The position numbers and the translations under genes are program-made. A DNA stretch of 64,000 nt, taken from NCBI GenBank assembly GCA_019358915.1, contig JAHHIM010000001.1, positions 1-64,000 on the forward strand. Reading direction: 5' to 3'. The stretch comes from Trichormus sp. ATA11-4-KO1. Lineage in GTDB: Bacteria > Cyanobacteriota > Cyanobacteriia > Cyanobacteriales > Nostocaceae. Under the pieces are notes generated by a model. The model searched no databases and was not told the origin of the DNA. It was given only the letters and a program-made list of their open reading frames with translations. Below are positions 49,531 to 60,853 of this stretch, in pieces. The stretch's first letter is position 1. Each line of letters opens with the position of its first letter.

Positions 49531-50544
49531 TTAAGCCCACTTCTCGGCTACTAGTTCTGCTAAATCTAGAACTCGCTGGCTATAACCCCACTCGTTGTCA
49601 TACCATGCCATGACTTTCACTAGGTCATTACCCATAACCAAAGTCAAGCTGGCATCAACAATAGAAGAAGCGTCAGTACCTTGATAATCGGATGATACAA
49701 GTTGTAATTCGCTGTAGTCCAAAATGCCTTTGAGTGTACCTTGAGAAGCATCTTTGAGGGCTTGATTAACTTCTTCAGTAATAGTACGCTTCTCAACTTG
49801 AACTACGAAATCTACCATTGAAACGTTCGGGGTAGGTACACGTAAAGCAACACCATTCAGCTTGCCTTTGAGGTCTGGGATTACCAGAGCCACAGCTTTT
49901 GCCGCACCAGTGGAGGTGGGAACAATGTTGATGGCTGCTGCTCTTGCCCGACGCAAATCCCGGTGAGAAGCATCTAGCAAACGCTGGTCACCAGTGTAAC
50001 TGTGGGTGGTGGTCATCGTGCCTTTGATGATCCCGAATTTATCGTTCAACACTTTGGCTATAGGAGCCAAGCAGTTGGTAGTACAGCTAGCGTTACTAAT
50101 AACATGGTGCTTGTTGTGGTCATAGTCGTAATGATTTACGCCCATGACAAAAGTACCATCTTCATTTTTACCAGGAGCGGTGATCAGCACCTTCTTGGCT
50201 CCAGCATTCAAATGCTTTTGTGCCCCTTCTCTGCTGGTAAACACGCCTGTTGATTCGATAATCAGGTCAATTTCCCACTCTTTCCAGGGCAAGTTTTCTG
50301 GGTTGCGATCAGATACGCATTTAATGGTCTTGCCGTTAACGATGATCGAGTTATCATCGGCTGTAATGTCAGCATCCTTTAACTTCCCTAGCATTGAGTC
50401 ATACTTGAGGAGGTGAGCATTGGTTGTAGGGTCTGATGTGTCATTGACAGCAACAAGGTCAATGTTGCTATTTTCTCTACCCACCCAGCAGCGTGCAAAG
50501 TTACGTCCAATTCGCCCGAAACCGTTGATTGCGACTCTAATCAC
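49531..50544 (-). CDS. gap2: NAD(P)-dependent glyceraldehyde-3-phosphate dehydrogenase (Calvin-cycle type)
   Basis: GTG start [26 protein letters not shown]-loop [19 protein letters not shown] typical of Gap2. Confidence 0.93.
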   Translation of the reverse strand: MIRVAINGFGRIGRNFARCWVGRENSNIDLVAVNDTSDPTTNAHLLKYDSMLGKLKDADITADDNSIIVNGKTIKCVSDRNPENLPWKEWEIDLIIESTGVFTSREGAQKHLNAGAKKVLITAPGKNEDGTFVMGVNHYDYDHNKHHVISNASCTTNCLAPIAKVLNDKFGIIKGTMTTTHSYTGDQRLLDASHRDLRRARAAAINIVPTSTGAAKAVALVIPDLKGKLNGVALRVPTPNVSMVDFVVQVEKRTITEEVNQALKDASQGTLKGILDYSELQLVSSDYQGTDASSIVDASLTLVMGNDLVKVMAWYDNEWGYSQRVLDLAELVAEKWA

Positions 50545-50661
50545 AGTGTCTTGCCCTCTGTATTTATGCCTATAAATTGATATCTTTGACCCCAATCATA
50601 TCGCAAAGGGGGGGGGTATTAATAACCATAAAGTGTTATATCCATAAAAAAAAAACATATT

Positions 50662-51288
50662 TTATTCAGATTTATCTGAGTAGAGGTTGTGGACAGTGAT
50701 GTACGATCTAGTCGGTTCCGGGACTAAATAGCGAATTGACTTATGTTCGCGGCAAAGTTTACGAATTAGACTTGACGAAACTCCTACTAAGGGTATATCC
50801 AAGAATTGCCAGCGAATGGTAGATGACTGGTTTCTCAGTATTTGTTCCACTTGCTTGCAGATTAACTCACTTTGAGCTATAGTCTCACCACCTAGCTGTC
50901 GGGGTGCGATTAACCAATCACACATTTGTGCTAGTTCGTGTCCACGGTACCAACGAGGTAAGGTTTGGAATGTATCCAAGCCCACAATCCAGTACCAGTG
51001 AGTATTTGAGTAAAAAGTAGATAAGTCGATCAAGGTGTTGATGGCATAGGAAGTCCCAGAGCGATTTGTCTCTACTAGGGAGACAGTAAATGCTGGGTTT
51101 TCTCTTGTAGCTAATTGCAGCATTTCCAAGCGATGCTCAAACAAAGCCGCTTTTTTATGGGGAGGATTTAGTGATGGCACCCAAATTACCTTTTCTAGGG
51201 GTACTTGATACAAAGCTGTCTGAGCTATGAGCAAGTGTCCCCAATGAATGGGATCAAATGTGCCACCAAAGATTGCTATTTGCTGCAT
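50662..51288 (-). CDS. nadD: nicotinate-nucleotide adenylyltransferase
   Basis: FGGTFDPIHWGH and VSSSLIR motifs. Confidence 0.93.
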   Translation of the reverse strand: MQQIAIFGGTFDPIHWGHLLIAQTALYQVPLEKVIWVPSLNPPHKKAALFEHRLEMLQLATRENPAFTVSLVETNRSGTSYAINTLIDLSTFYSNTHWYWIVGLDTFQTLPRWYRGHELAQMCDWLIAPRQLGGETIAQSELICKQVEQILRNQSSTIRWQFLDIPLVGVSSSLIRKLCREHKSIRYLVPEPTRSYITVHNLYSDKSE

Positions 51289-51685
51289 TCAGTCATGCCT
51301 AAACTTTCATTCAATTGAAAATACTTTTAATACCAATGTACTATTGTACTCAATTTGCGCCTGAGCTTGATGCAATTTAAAAGCAGTTTCACTGTCAATG
51401 TATTACTGTAGCCAACACCAGTAAGGAATTTAGAAAGATGTATTTGAAACTACAAGAATTTCTGTCCCGATGCAGCAGAAATTTTGAGAATAATCTTAAG
51501 AACAGTTCAGAAATAGCAAAAACCTCCAACAAAGGTAAAATCATTCTCAATCAGCAAAACAACAGAGGAAAATAATCCAAACATCAGGTATAAACAAGAT
51601 GCAAGCGCAGTTACGGTAAAAATCAAATTCCTGTTATGATACGCGTGTCATTTGTGATTATGGTGTGGTGTAAGAGGAGCAATCA

Positions 51686-53173
51686 ATGAATAATTCTGTA
51701 GATTTTGGCGGCAGACCATTTCATTTCATTGGAATTGGTGGTATTGGTATGTCTGCCTTGGCATACGTTTTGGCAAAGCGTCAATTGCCAGTATCAGGTT
51801 CCGATCTTCGTCCAAATCATATTACGTGCAAGTTGGAATCTATCGGAACACATATTTTTGGTAGACAAGAGGCAAGTAATCTCGAATTCTTTCTTCCTAG
51901 TGAATCAGCTAATAGAGTATTATTAAACCCACAAGAACTATCACCTAATGCTACCAAGTCAACACTGCCTCAAGTTATTTGTTCAACAGCAATTAATGCC
52001 AATAATTTGGAATACAAAGCAGCATTGGAATTAGGTTGCCCAATTTTACATCGTTCAGATGTACTAGCTGCTTTAATCGCAGATTACTATAGCATTGCAG
52101 TTGCAGGAACCCACGGTAAAACTACAACCAGTAGCATGATTGGCTATATGCTGTTACAAGCTGGTTTAGACCCAACAATTCTTGTAGGTGGTGAAGTTAA
52201 TGCTTGGGAAGGAAATGCTCGATTAGGGCAGAGTCAGTATTTGGTAGCTGAAGCGGATGAATCGGATGGTTCTCTGGTGAAACACGCCCCTGAGATTGGC
52301 ATTATTACTAATATTGAACTAGATCATCCTGACCACTACGACACATTAGAAGAAGTAGTTGACATCTTCCAAAAGTTTGCGGCAGGTTGTAAAACTCTTA
52401 TAGGTAGCATTGATTGTGAAACAGTACGCGAGTTGCTACGCAACCCCTCCGGCGATCGCCTCAAACCAACAATCACTTACAGTCTAAATCCAGACACTGA
52501 TGCTGACTATAGCGTTACCAATATTGATTATCGCGCTGATGGTACCACAGCCCTAGTTTGGGAAAAAGGTAAAGCCTTAGGCGTATTGAAATTGCGGCTA
52601 CTTAGTCGGCATAATCTGAGTAATGCTCTAGCTGCGGTAGCTGTTGGTAGAGCCTTAGGTTTAGAATTCGGAGCAATTGCCAAAGGCATTGCTACCTTTG
52701 AAGGAGCAAGACGCCGCTTTGAATTCCGAGGAGAAGTCAATGGTATTACCTTCATTGATGACTATGCTCATCACCCCAGCGAAATTCGTGCTACTCTTGC
52801 TGCTGCTCGCCTCCAGGCAAGACCAGGGCAAAGAGTAGTTGCCATTTTTCAACCCCATCGCTATAGCCGCACACTGACATTTTTAGCAGAATTTGCCGAG
52901 TCATTTACTTACGCTGATTTAGTTGTGCTGACAGATATTTACAGTGCAGGCGAACCCAATTTAGGGCAAATTAGCGGTGAACAACTAGCAGTAAAAATCG
53001 CTAAACATCACCCACAGGTAGTTTATCAACCAACTCTGCCCTTAATAAGTGAGTTCTTGCTGCAAACGCTGCACCCCGGAGATTTGGCACTCTTTCTTGG
53101 TGCTGGGAATTTGAATCAGGTGATTCCTGACGTAATTACTACGCTTTGCGAACCAGCTACAGCCACATCTTAG
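51686..53173 (+). CDS. murC: UDP-N-acetylmuramate--L-alanine ligase
   Basis: HFIGIGGIGMS, AGTHGKTTTS, EADESD, DDYAHHPSEI and FQPHRYSR motifs. Confidence 0.97.
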   Translation: MNNSVDFGGRPFHFIGIGGIGMSALAYVLAKRQLPVSGSDLRPNHITCKLESIGTHIFGRQEASNLEFFLPSESANRVLLNPQELSPNATKSTLPQVICSTAINANNLEYKAALELGCPILHRSDVLAALIADYYSIAVAGTHGKTTTSSMIGYMLLQAGLDPTILVGGEVNAWEGNARLGQSQYLVAEADESDGSLVKHAPEIGIITNIELDHPDHYDTLEEVVDIFQKFAAGCKTLIGSIDCETVRELLRNPSGDRLKPTITYSLNPDTDADYSVTNIDYRADGTTALVWEKGKALGVLKLRLLSRHNLSNALAAVAVGRALGLEFGAIAKGIATFEGARRRFEFRGEVNGITFIDDYAHHPSEIRATLAAARLQARPGQRVVAIFQPHRYSRTLTFLAEFAESFTYADLVVLTDIYSAGEPNLGQISGEQLAVKIAKHHPQVVYQPTLPLISEFLLQTLHPGDLALFLGAGNLNQVIPDVITTLCEPATATS

Positions 53174-53281
53174 GTGAGGAAACTTAAGTAAAGTTTTCTT
53201 CTAGCAACGAATTTATCGATTCACACTATTGCTGTATTTTTACGGCAGATAAATGTAAAAATTTCACAAATTGACGTAAAG

Positions 53282-54280
53282 ATGAAAATCTCCCAGGCAG
53301 CTGGAAATGTCTGCACGATTTCTGCTTCAACTACACAGAAGCAGAAAACAGAAAAATCAAGTGATAGTAAAATAATTTACTTAAAAGACACTGATTGTGT
53401 GATCCATTCACATGCTTCCTTATCCGCGTTTACTTCTTATAGAGTTGGTGGAGATGCTGAATGGTACGTTGCCCCTCGGAACTTAGAAGCGCTGCAAGCT
53501 AGTGTTGAATATGCAAAAGAACATGAGTTAACAGTAACAACACTGGGAGCAGGTTCTAACTTATTAGTGAGCGATCGCGGTATTCCCGGCCTAGTAATCT
53601 CCACTCGTCATCTGCGCCATAGCTATTTTGACCCCCAAACAGGTCAATTAACCGTCGCCGCAGGTGAATCAATTCCCAGTTTGGCATGGGAAGCAGCAAA
53701 ATTGGGTTGGCAAGGATTAGAGTGGGCTGTGGGTATCCCGGGGACTGTTGGGGGTGCCGTTGTCATGAATGCCGGGGCACATAATAGCTGTATCGCAGAT
53801 ATGTTAGTCAATGCCCAAGTACTGTCACCTGATGGTACATTAGAAACCCTAACCCCCGCCGAAATAGGGTACAGCTACCGAACTTCATCACTGCAAGGTA
53901 GCGAGCGCATAGTCACCCAAGCCACCTTCCAACTCCAACCAGGTATCGATCCGGCATTAGTGTTAGCAGTTACCAAGCAACACAAAAAACATCGGCTAAC
54001 CACCCAACCCTACAATTTTCCTAGCTGTGGCAGTGTATTCCGTAATCCCAAACCTTATGCTGCTGGATGGTTAATCGAACAAACAGGTCTAAAAGGCTAC
54101 CAAATTGGTGGAGCGCAAGTAGCATTATTACATGCTAATTTTATCGTCAATCGTGGTGGAGCAAAGGCTAGCGATATTTTCTGTCTCATTCGTTATATCC
54201 AGCAACAAGTACAAGAACGTTGGTCAATTTGCTTAGAACCAGAAGTCAAAATGATCGGCGAATTTCAAGCAGCTTGTTGA
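53282..54280 (+). CDS. murB: UDP-N-acetylenolpyruvoylglucosamine reductase
   Basis: [37 protein letters not shown] and LEPEV motifs. Confidence 0.96.
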   Translation: MKISQAAGNVCTISASTTQKQKTEKSSDSKIIYLKDTDCVIHSHASLSAFTSYRVGGDAEWYVAPRNLEALQASVEYAKEHELTVTTLGAGSNLLVSDRGIPGLVISTRHLRHSYFDPQTGQLTVAAGESIPSLAWEAAKLGWQGLEWAVGIPGTVGGAVVMNAGAHNSCIADMLVNAQVLSPDGTLETLTPAEIGYSYRTSSLQGSERIVTQATFQLQPGIDPALVLAVTKQHKKHRLTTQPYNFPSCGSVFRNPKPYAAGWLIEQTGLKGYQIGGAQVALLHANFIVNRGGAKASDIFCLIRYIQQQVQERWSICLEPEVKMIGEFQAAC

Positions 54281-54435
54281 TGAAGTGGGGAGATGGGGGA
54301 CAAGGGAAATAACCAATGTCTAATGCCCCATGCCCCATGCCAGCATTAATTATTGGTAATAAAAGAGGCAAATTGCCGACCGCATCTATAATTGAATTTG
54401 ATTTTGTTATTCAACGCACACGCGGACAATCAGTT

Positions 54436-54783
54436 ATGACAGGAAAAGGACAGGGATTTGGTTTTGGTTTAGGCAAAATGAAAGAACTAGCCGACGCTTT
54501 CAAAAAAGCGCAGCAAGTTCAAGAAGGTGCAAAACGACTCCAAGAAGAATTGGAGCAAATGGAGATTCAAGGGGAGTCTGGCGGTGGTCTGGTTAAGGTG
54601 ATTGTTAGTGGTAACCAAGAACCCAAACGAGTGGAAATTTCTCCAGATGCCCTAGCACAAGGAGCAGAATTACTTTCTGATCTCGTGACAGTGGCAATGA
54701 AAGATGCCTACAACAAGTCCACAGCCACAATGCGGGAACGAATGGAAGATTTGACAAGTGGTCTGGAACTACCTGGATTTTAG
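54436..54783 (+). CDS. YbaB/EbfC nucleoid-associated protein
   Basis: KKAQQVQE...[21 protein letters not shown] 54436. Confidence 0.9.
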   Translation: MTGKGQGFGFGLGKMKELADAFKKAQQVQEGAKRLQEELEQMEIQGESGGGLVKVIVSGNQEPKRVEISPDALAQGAELLSDLVTVAMKDAYNKSTATMRERMEDLTSGLELPGF

Positions 54784-54899
54784 TCATTGGTCTTTCGACT
54801 GCGCTCAGGATAAATCATTAGTCATTAGTCATTAGTCATCAACCATTAGACTGATGACTGGAGACTTTTGACCTTTGATGGGTACTAAGTGAAATATTT

Positions 54900-55385
54900 A
54901 TGCCTTATAAGTTGCTGTTTGTCTGTCTAGGTAACATCTGTCGTTCACCATCGGCAGAAAACATTATGAATCATCTAATCGACCGGGCGGGTTTGAGTGA
55001 TTGCATCCTCTGTGACTCTGCTGGTACATCTAGCTATCACATTGGTAGCCCACCTGACCGACGCATGAGTACTGCTGCTACTGCAAAGTTGGGAATTAAA
55101 CTGCGTGGTCAGGCTCGCCAATTTCAAAAATTAGACTTTCAGGACTTTGATATGATTTTGGCAATGGATCAAGAGAATTATCAGAATATCCTCGCTCTTG
55201 ATCCCATTGGGCAATATCACGACAAAGTTTACTTAATGTGTAAATTTTGCTCTCAGCATACCTTGAAGGAAGTTCCAGATCCTTACTACGGTGGAGTAGA
55301 AGGCTTTAATCAGGTAATTGATTTACTTGTTGATGCTTGTGAAGGTTTGCTCGAATACATTACTAACCAGCAACTAAAAGCATAA
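54900..55385 (+). CDS. low-molecular-weight protein-tyrosine phosphatase
   Basis: VCLGNICRSP and VPDPYYG motifs. Confidence 0.94.
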   Translation: MPYKLLFVCLGNICRSPSAENIMNHLIDRAGLSDCILCDSAGTSSYHIGSPPDRRMSTAATAKLGIKLRGQARQFQKLDFQDFDMILAMDQENYQNILALDPIGQYHDKVYLMCKFCSQHTLKEVPDPYYGGVEGFNQVIDLLVDACEGLLEYITNQQLKA

Positions 55386-55388
55386 ATG

Positions 55389-56072
55389 CTATTCTACTAA
55401 GCCATGCTTAATAGCAAAACGCACCAGCTCCGCTCGGTTGCTGGTGGCAGTTTTTCTTAATAAACTACTAACGTATTTTTCTACTGTTCTCGGACTCAGG
55501 TGTAGTTGATTACCCATATCCGCATTAGAAAGTCCGTGAGTCAACAATTCTAAGACTTCCTGTTCTCTGGGAGTCAAGGAAGAGAACAAATGGGATTGCT
55601 GAATATGAGTAGACAGAGAGTTGTGGGTGTCTACCTCTTTTGTGGGGAGGAAACTGCCTAAATTCTCTTTGTGAGAGAAGCGATACTCAGATTGAATAAT
55701 TTGCGATCGCTCCAGAAGATTGCGAATCGCTGCTGCTAACTCTTCTAGTTCAAAAGGCTTAGGTAAGTATAAATCGCACCCTGATTGGTATCCCAAAATT
55801 CTCTCCTGGGTCTTAGTACGTGCTGTTAATAAAATGACAGGTAATAACCGGAATGCTGGTTGTTGACGTACCCGGCGGACCAGTTCATAACCGTTCATCC
55901 GTGGCATGACAATATCAGTGACTATCAAATCAGGATGGTAATTATCTACCATTGCCAAAGCTTCTTGACCGTCATTAGCCGTGACCACTGAGTAGCCAGA
56001 CAGTTCAAGATAATCACTAATAGATAGACGAGTGCCCAGGTCATCATCTACAACAAGAATCGTCAAGGGCAT
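55389..56072 (-). CDS. NarL/LuxR-family response regulator (Ycf29-like)
   Basis: Receiver VVDDD...TDIVMP...KPF; HTH LTPREQEVL...GLSN...LHLSPRTVEKY. Confidence 0.92.
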   Translation of the reverse strand: MPLTILVVDDDLGTRLSISDYLELSGYSVVTANDGQEALAMVDNYHPDLIVTDIVMPRMNGYELVRRVRQQPAFRLLPVILLTARTKTQERILGYQSGCDLYLPKPFELEELAAAIRNLLERSQIIQSEYRFSHKENLGSFLPTKEVDTHNSLSTHIQQSHLFSSLTPREQEVLELLTHGLSNADMGNQLHLSPRTVEKYVSSLLRKTATSNRAELVRFAIKHGLVE

Positions 56073-56540
56073 GGATAATACACCCCTAGCATTTTTTTAC
56101 TCAGAAATTTGCTTCTACGAGCTACATCAGTGAACACAAGTAAAAATAGTGTTCTTCTGTTTCATACTATGACAGGATTACTAGCTAATGACTGCCTAAA
56201 GGTTGATTTATGAAGAAAGTCTTAAATCCTTAGGAATAGTTAAAGAAGTGTAACGCAATTAGATTGTTATTGCTGAAAAGACACAAATAGTTTTGTATTT
56301 CTTAACAATAAGCCAATATAATAGTGCATAGGTACTAAATAATCTCATGTAAATTAATATTTAATTTAAACTCATTATCCAGTAAATTTGGATCTGGAAA
56401 ACTTTTAATAGAGAACTTAGAAAAGCTAAATTAATAGAATAACGCTGATATCACATTTATAGAGGTATAACATCTCCGGAGAAATTCACAAGCTAGTCCA
56501 AAAAAATTTTGCAGCACATTTAAAGCACGAAAAATTTTCA

Positions 56541-57008
56541 ATGAGCGAAAAGAGCGAAAGTTACAAAGTTATTAGTGACAACCGTCAAGCCCGTTATTTG
56601 TATGAAATCCTGGAAACTTATGAAGCCGGAGTTGAATTAACAGGAACAGAGGTCAAGTCTATCCGCGCCGGTAAAGTCAATCTCCAAGACGGCTATGCTT
56701 TAATTCGTAATGGCGAAGCATGGCTAATTAACGTGCATATTTCTCCTTACAATGCTAGTGGGCAATATTTTAATCATGAACCGCGTCGCACGCGTAAGCT
56801 GTTGCTGCATCGCCAAGAAATCCGTAAGTTAATTGGCAAGGTAGAACAGGAGGGTTTAACATTAGTACCTTTGAAGATGTACCTCAAAAGAGGCTGGGTG
56901 AAAGTGAGTATAGCCCTTGGCAAAGGTAAGAAGCTCCATGATAAAAGAGAATCCCTAAAACGACGCCAAGATCAACGTGATATGCAACGGGCAATGAAAA
57001 ATTATTAA
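56541..57008 (+). CDS. smpB: SsrA-binding protein
   Basis: EAGVELTGTEVKSIR, RTRKLLLH and KGKKLHDKR motifs. Confidence 0.98.
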   Translation: MSEKSESYKVISDNRQARYLYEILETYEAGVELTGTEVKSIRAGKVNLQDGYALIRNGEAWLINVHISPYNASGQYFNHEPRRTRKLLLHRQEIRKLIGKVEQEGLTLVPLKMYLKRGWVKVSIALGKGKKLHDKRESLKRRQDQRDMQRAMKNY

Positions 57009-57185
57009 GCATGAGTATGGCCTCAATACCACACTAGAGTGAAAACCTGATGCAATTAGAAAGCAAATTGTATATCTTCAGTGTGAGTTGAGACAAAGCC
57101 TAGTTTATAGCTGGAGATTGATTTGGCTGGTTGTGAGACTCGATACAGTGGTGAGTAACGTTGGCAGGGATGAGGAATTTTTACT

Positions 57186-57461
57186 ATGACACGTAACTTG
57201 ACTAAGGTAGTTGGTGCTGGTTTTTTGACTTTGAGTATGGCAATGTTGCCTTTAACTCTACCTGTAAATGCTCAGGTGACTGACCCCAGAGTTGAAACTA
57301 CTCCAAGGACAACAGTTTACGATCGCCAAGACTTTGATTGGGGTTGGTTAGGATTAATTGGTTTATTTGGTCTAGCTGGTTTGGCAGGCAGAAAGCGTAG
57401 CGATGAACCAACTCGTTATCGCGACCCTAGTGCGCCAGGAGCCACTACCTACAGGGACTAA
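57186..57461 (+). CDS. small secreted WGxxGxxG-CTERM protein
   Basis: Signal peptide, then FDWGWLGLIGLFGLAGLAGRKR. Confidence 0.85.
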   Translation: MTRNLTKVVGAGFLTLSMAMLPLTLPVNAQVTDPRVETTPRTTVYDRQDFDWGWLGLIGLFGLAGLAGRKRSDEPTRYRDPSAPGATTYRD

Positions 57462-57621
57462 ATGCAAGAGTTAGCACTCAAAGCAACCCCACTGACCAAT
57501 CAGCTAGTTTTGCAATTTTGATTCTCTATTCAGGAGCCGGAATTTATTATAGATTTATAGCTCCTGAATTTTGAATTTTTTGGCTTGGTACTTTTCTTAA
57601 TGAATCACTACCAGATTAATG

Positions 57622-59067
57622 TTAATTTGCCGCAGGTTCTGGATGAGGTGAATTGACTTGTTGAGTCTGACCTTGATTTAAGGGTTTCCAGTAGCTAGCA
57701 ATCAACGCCATCATGAGCCACCAAAGGCTATTGACTTCAGGGCGAAACCAGATTGTATCCACAGTACCGTGAGCCAGCATCCCCGACACAGTAGCGATCG
57801 CTCCAATTAACCAAAATCCTTCCGCACTTCTGGACTGGCGCAATCGTTGCATTTGCGCCCATGCATGATTGAATGTCACAATCATCAGCCAGAGAAAACA
57901 GGCTAAACCAACTAAACCAGTTTCTACAGCCACCTCCAAAAAAATCGAATAAGCACTCAAAGCAGTATAACGAGGACGTTGATAGAGTGGGTAGATTTTA
58001 TTAAAAGCATTGTGACCAGGGCCAATTCCAATAATCGGGCGATCGCGAATCATCTCGAAGACAGCATCCCAAACGTTTCGCCGAAAATTATTACTGCTAT
58101 CTTGGCGATCAGCAAAAATACTAAAAATCCGCAGACGTACTGGCTCTACAAATATTACTGCTAGTAACAAGAAACCAATCATACCTGCCAACATCATTGG
58201 CAGCGACCAAGTGCGCCAAAAAGGAGGCATACGCACACTCCACCAATAAATTAGCAAAGCGATCGCAGTGAAAACTGCCACCACCAGACCAATCCAACCA
58301 CCACGACTAAAAGTCAGAACCAAACAAGCCGTATTCACAATAAACATCGTTAACGCTAGAGCTTTTTTGATCCAGCTTTGCCAGGCAAAAATTGCCACCA
58401 AGCTTAGAGCTACCGCCGGCACCAGATATCCAGCCAATAAGTTGGGATTCCCCAAATAACTATAAACTCTGGTTGTCTTAGCCAGAGGAGATTGTGGGTC
58501 TACCCAAGTCGCCAGTGCTGTGGCACCAAAAAACCATTGCCGCAAGCCGTATATACTAATAATTAGCGATACATGCAGGTACAGGGTAATTATCCAAGAG
58601 CGCCAGCGAGGCGATCGCAGCACCCTAGCACAAAGGGCAAACAACAATAGATAAAGTGTCAATACTATCAAGTCTCTCAATGCTGCCTGTTTGACTGGTG
58701 ATAATGCTGTTGCGATTACAGCAATTCCCCAGTAAAGCAACACCAGTAGGTGAATTGGGGTAAACAACGGCGTATTTGCTGGTGCTGATTCATCAGATAA
58801 AGTCAACAGCAGCCAAAATCCTACACAAGCTACTAACAACACTCCTACTAAGGAGCTAGATACAAAAGGGGCAAGAGCATACACCAAGCTAAGTAAAGCA
58901 ACCGCTATTGCGTCTCCCCACTTTATGAGAACGCTACTTTGCCGCCAAGAGTGTAATAGACCAACCGAATAACGGTGTAGATAGCTGGTAGCAAGATATT
59001 CTTTGATCGGTAAATAAGATAAATTAAATCGTTGCCAAACTAAATTTATCAGCCAGACTAAATTCAT
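57622..59067 (-). CDS. ictB: IctB family / O-antigen ligase-like membrane protein
   Basis: RVYSYLGNPNLLAGYL, LTFSRGGW, DSSNNFRRNVW and GIGPGHNAF motifs. Confidence 0.9.
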   Translation of the reverse strand: MNLVWLINLVWQRFNLSYLPIKEYLATSYLHRYSVGLLHSWRQSSVLIKWGDAIAVALLSLVYALAPFVSSSLVGVLLVACVGFWLLLTLSDESAPANTPLFTPIHLLVLLYWGIAVIATALSPVKQAALRDLIVLTLYLLLFALCARVLRSPRWRSWIITLYLHVSLIISIYGLRQWFFGATALATWVDPQSPLAKTTRVYSYLGNPNLLAGYLVPAVALSLVAIFAWQSWIKKALALTMFIVNTACLVLTFSRGGWIGLVVAVFTAIALLIYWWSVRMPPFWRTWSLPMMLAGMIGFLLLAVIFVEPVRLRIFSIFADRQDSSNNFRRNVWDAVFEMIRDRPIIGIGPGHNAFNKIYPLYQRPRYTALSAYSIFLEVAVETGLVGLACFLWLMIVTFNHAWAQMQRLRQSRSAEGFWLIGAIATVSGMLAHGTVDTIWFRPEVNSLWWLMMALIASYWKPLNQGQTQQVNSPHPEPAAN

Positions 59068-59308
59068 AAAACACGCTGTGATCAACTAGCACGCCCGCGC
59101 GGAACCTGAATTTAATCATAATGCGGGTCACATAAATAATGTAATAACGCAGATTGTAAATTGGTAATTACTTTCTTGTTAAAAAGTATTTCTACTAGAT
59201 GCTAATTGAAGACAGCCATTTTGCACAAGCATCAAGACAGATAAAGCGCCCACAGCGATAGTTAATAAATGTTTATTTTCGAGACGCTGCGAGGTAGTAT
59301 GAGCCAAA

Positions 59309-60853
59309 TCAATCGCTAATTGCCTCTGAAGAATTAGCTAGTTGTAGTGGCAAAGAAAGTACATAGCGGCGTCCTGATTCTGATGAACCTTGAATTGCAA
59401 TCTGTCCACTATGCAATTCTGCTAGCTGACAGCTAAGCAACAAACCCAAGCTTTCGCGTGACAAATTACCATGTCCCTCCGCTAAATCTTTACCAGGACT
59501 CATAGTAAACATATCTGAGGGAGAATCAGTCAAATTTGGCGATTTGTCTAGTAATACTGGCATCCCTGGTTCCTCATAAGTGCCATAGGTTGCTCCTTCG
59601 CCTGTAAGTTCAAGCAATGATAAGGAGTTAAGGCGGAAATAAGGATCAACCTCAGTTATGCCATCTCCTAGCCAAGGATGAGAAACCCAAATAGTAATAT
59701 TCAGCGTATTTTCCTTGTAAGAAACATGAATCCGCACAATACTGCCTGTAGCAGACAGTTGAATTACGCTGAACACCAAGTGATATAGAATTTGCCGCAC
59801 TTTGTCTTTATCCAAAAGCCAAATGCGACTGTGCCCTGGTTCTATCGATAGGCGAATATCTTGCTCACGGCGGTTAGCTGCTTCTTCTAGGGTATTAATA
59901 GCTTGTTGACATAGCATTTCAATATCTACAGGAGCTAGATTTAACACAGATGTGTTTTCATCCATAGCTCCCAGTTCGGTAATTTCATTAACCAAAGAAA
60001 GTAAGTACCGACCACTATGTTGAATAATCTCCAGATACTCTCTCTGCTTCGTTGTCAAAGGCCCATAAATTTCGCGTCCTAAGACGCTAGCCATGCCTAA
60101 CACAGATGTTAACGGTGTACGCAACTCCTGAGTGAGATGTCCTAAAAGTTCTAGTTTCAGTTCCTTAGTAGAAACCGATTCTTTTCCTAAATTAGGTGGA
60201 GTGACTCTGATGCCACTTGTGGGTTCGTCATTGACAGATAAGAGAGGAGTGCCATTGAAAGTAGCTTTTTGTGGCTTTGCTTGTAGTAGCAATCGGTTGC
60301 GCTCAAATTCACTCATACTCCAACGAGCTATTATCTGTAAAAACTCAATGTCGCGAGTTGTGAAGTTACGCGGCACTAAATCCATCACTGACAATGCACC
60401 TAAACAATTTCCCGCAGCATCAATCAGTGGTGCTCCCAAGTAAGCACGAATGCCATAATCCTGCACTAATTTACTAGTAATAAGTACTGAGTCTGTCAGT
60501 TTACGAGTATCATTTATAGCGACAATTTGTAAATTTTCTACCACTTGGGTACAAAAGGATTCCCGGCGTGACAATTGACGATTTTGTGCCAGATGATTCA
60601 TTAGTCCCAGCCTAGATAAGCCTACTGCTGACTTAAACCAATGACGTTCTTGATCCACAAATCCCAAAATGGAAATTGGCGCTTCTAAAAAGTGAGCAGC
60701 AGTTTGAGTGGCTTCTTCAAAGACTGGAATCGTTTCTGGTTGCCGCAAACCTAATTCAGACAATGCTTCCAGGCGTTGTTGCTCCCTTGCTTCCTGAGAA
60801 ACCCAACCATCCTTGAAGCCAAATAATTTGTTTTCAGGCTCTACCATTGCCAC
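59309..60853 (-). CDS. GAF-domain histidine-kinase-like protein with degenerate catalytic motifs
   Basis: GAF (RAYLGAPL...LGALSVMD..PR); H-box reads LTQELRTPL; N-box reads QILYHLVFSVIQLS. Confidence 0.85.
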   Translation of the reverse strand: MAMVEPENKLFGFKDGWVSQEAREQQRLEALSELGLRQPETIPVFEEATQTAAHFLEAPISILGFVDQERHWFKSAVGLSRLGLMNHLAQNRQLSRRESFCTQVVENLQIVAINDTRKLTDSVLITSKLVQDYGIRAYLGAPLIDAAGNCLGALSVMDLVPRNFTTRDIEFLQIIARWSMSEFERNRLLLQAKPQKATFNGTPLLSVNDEPTSGIRVTPPNLGKESVSTKELKLELLGHLTQELRTPLTSVLGMASVLGREIYGPLTTKQREYLEIIQHSGRYLLSLVNEITELGAMDENTSVLNLAPVDIEMLCQQAINTLEEAANRREQDIRLSIEPGHSRIWLLDKDKVRQILYHLVFSVIQLSATGSIVRIHVSYKENTLNITIWVSHPWLGDGITEVDPYFRLNSLSLLELTGEGATYGTYEEPGMPVLLDKSPNLTDSPSDMFTMSPGKDLAEGHGNLSRESLGLLLSCQLAELHSGQIAIQGSSESGRRYVLSLPLQLANSSEAISD

